From the human T2T-CHM13v2.0 reference genome, Homo sapiens: 64,000 bases of DNA. A program made the position numbers and the translations under genes. Under the pieces are notes generated by a model. That model worked only from the letters and a program-made list of their open reading frames with translations, did not search any database and was not told the DNA's origin. Positions 63,399-64,000 of this stretch are shown piece by piece; position 1 is the stretch's first letter, and the number at the start of each line of letters is the position of its first letter. Location of the stretch: NCBI RefSeq assembly GCF_009914755.1, contig NC_060931.1; one strand, given 5' to 3'.

Positions 63399-64000
<602 letters not shown>

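Overview
AT-rich, CpG-depleted, repeat-dense primate (most likely human) intergenic or intronic DNA. I found no convincing cellular protein-coding gene, rRNA, tRNA or CRISPR array, and most ORF-track entries are chance ORFs or retroelement debris. Well-supported landmarks: (1) a two-LTR HERV-H provirus at 22252-27872 (+), with a 5-bp TSD, tRNA-His PBS, splice donor, PPT and LTR7up-type LTRs carrying the ACAAAAGA SOX motif; (2) a full-length but dead L1PA6/7-like LINE-1 at 40356-46499 (-) with a 15-bp TSD; (3) a full-length RPS27 retrocopy with an open 83-codon frame at 52086-52434 (-) with a 15-bp TSD; (4) a 5'-inverted (twin-primed) L1PA element at 54953-57495; (5) six Alus and many MaLR/ERV LTR, MIR, L2, old L1M and MER20 fragments. 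The most unusual signals are a perfect 86-bp inverted repeat with a 70-bp spacer fused to a 31-bp direct duplication (20829-21133), an excess of shared non-consensus mutations between the two neighbouring L1PA copies including a 157-bp near-identical tract that ends at a deletion breakpoint (ectopic gene conversion?), and a CpG-retaining candidate exon/CTCF element near 4.9 kb. I see no demonstrably new biological system; these are testable leads. Repeat subfamily names come from recalled consensus sequences and need RepeatMasker confirmation.
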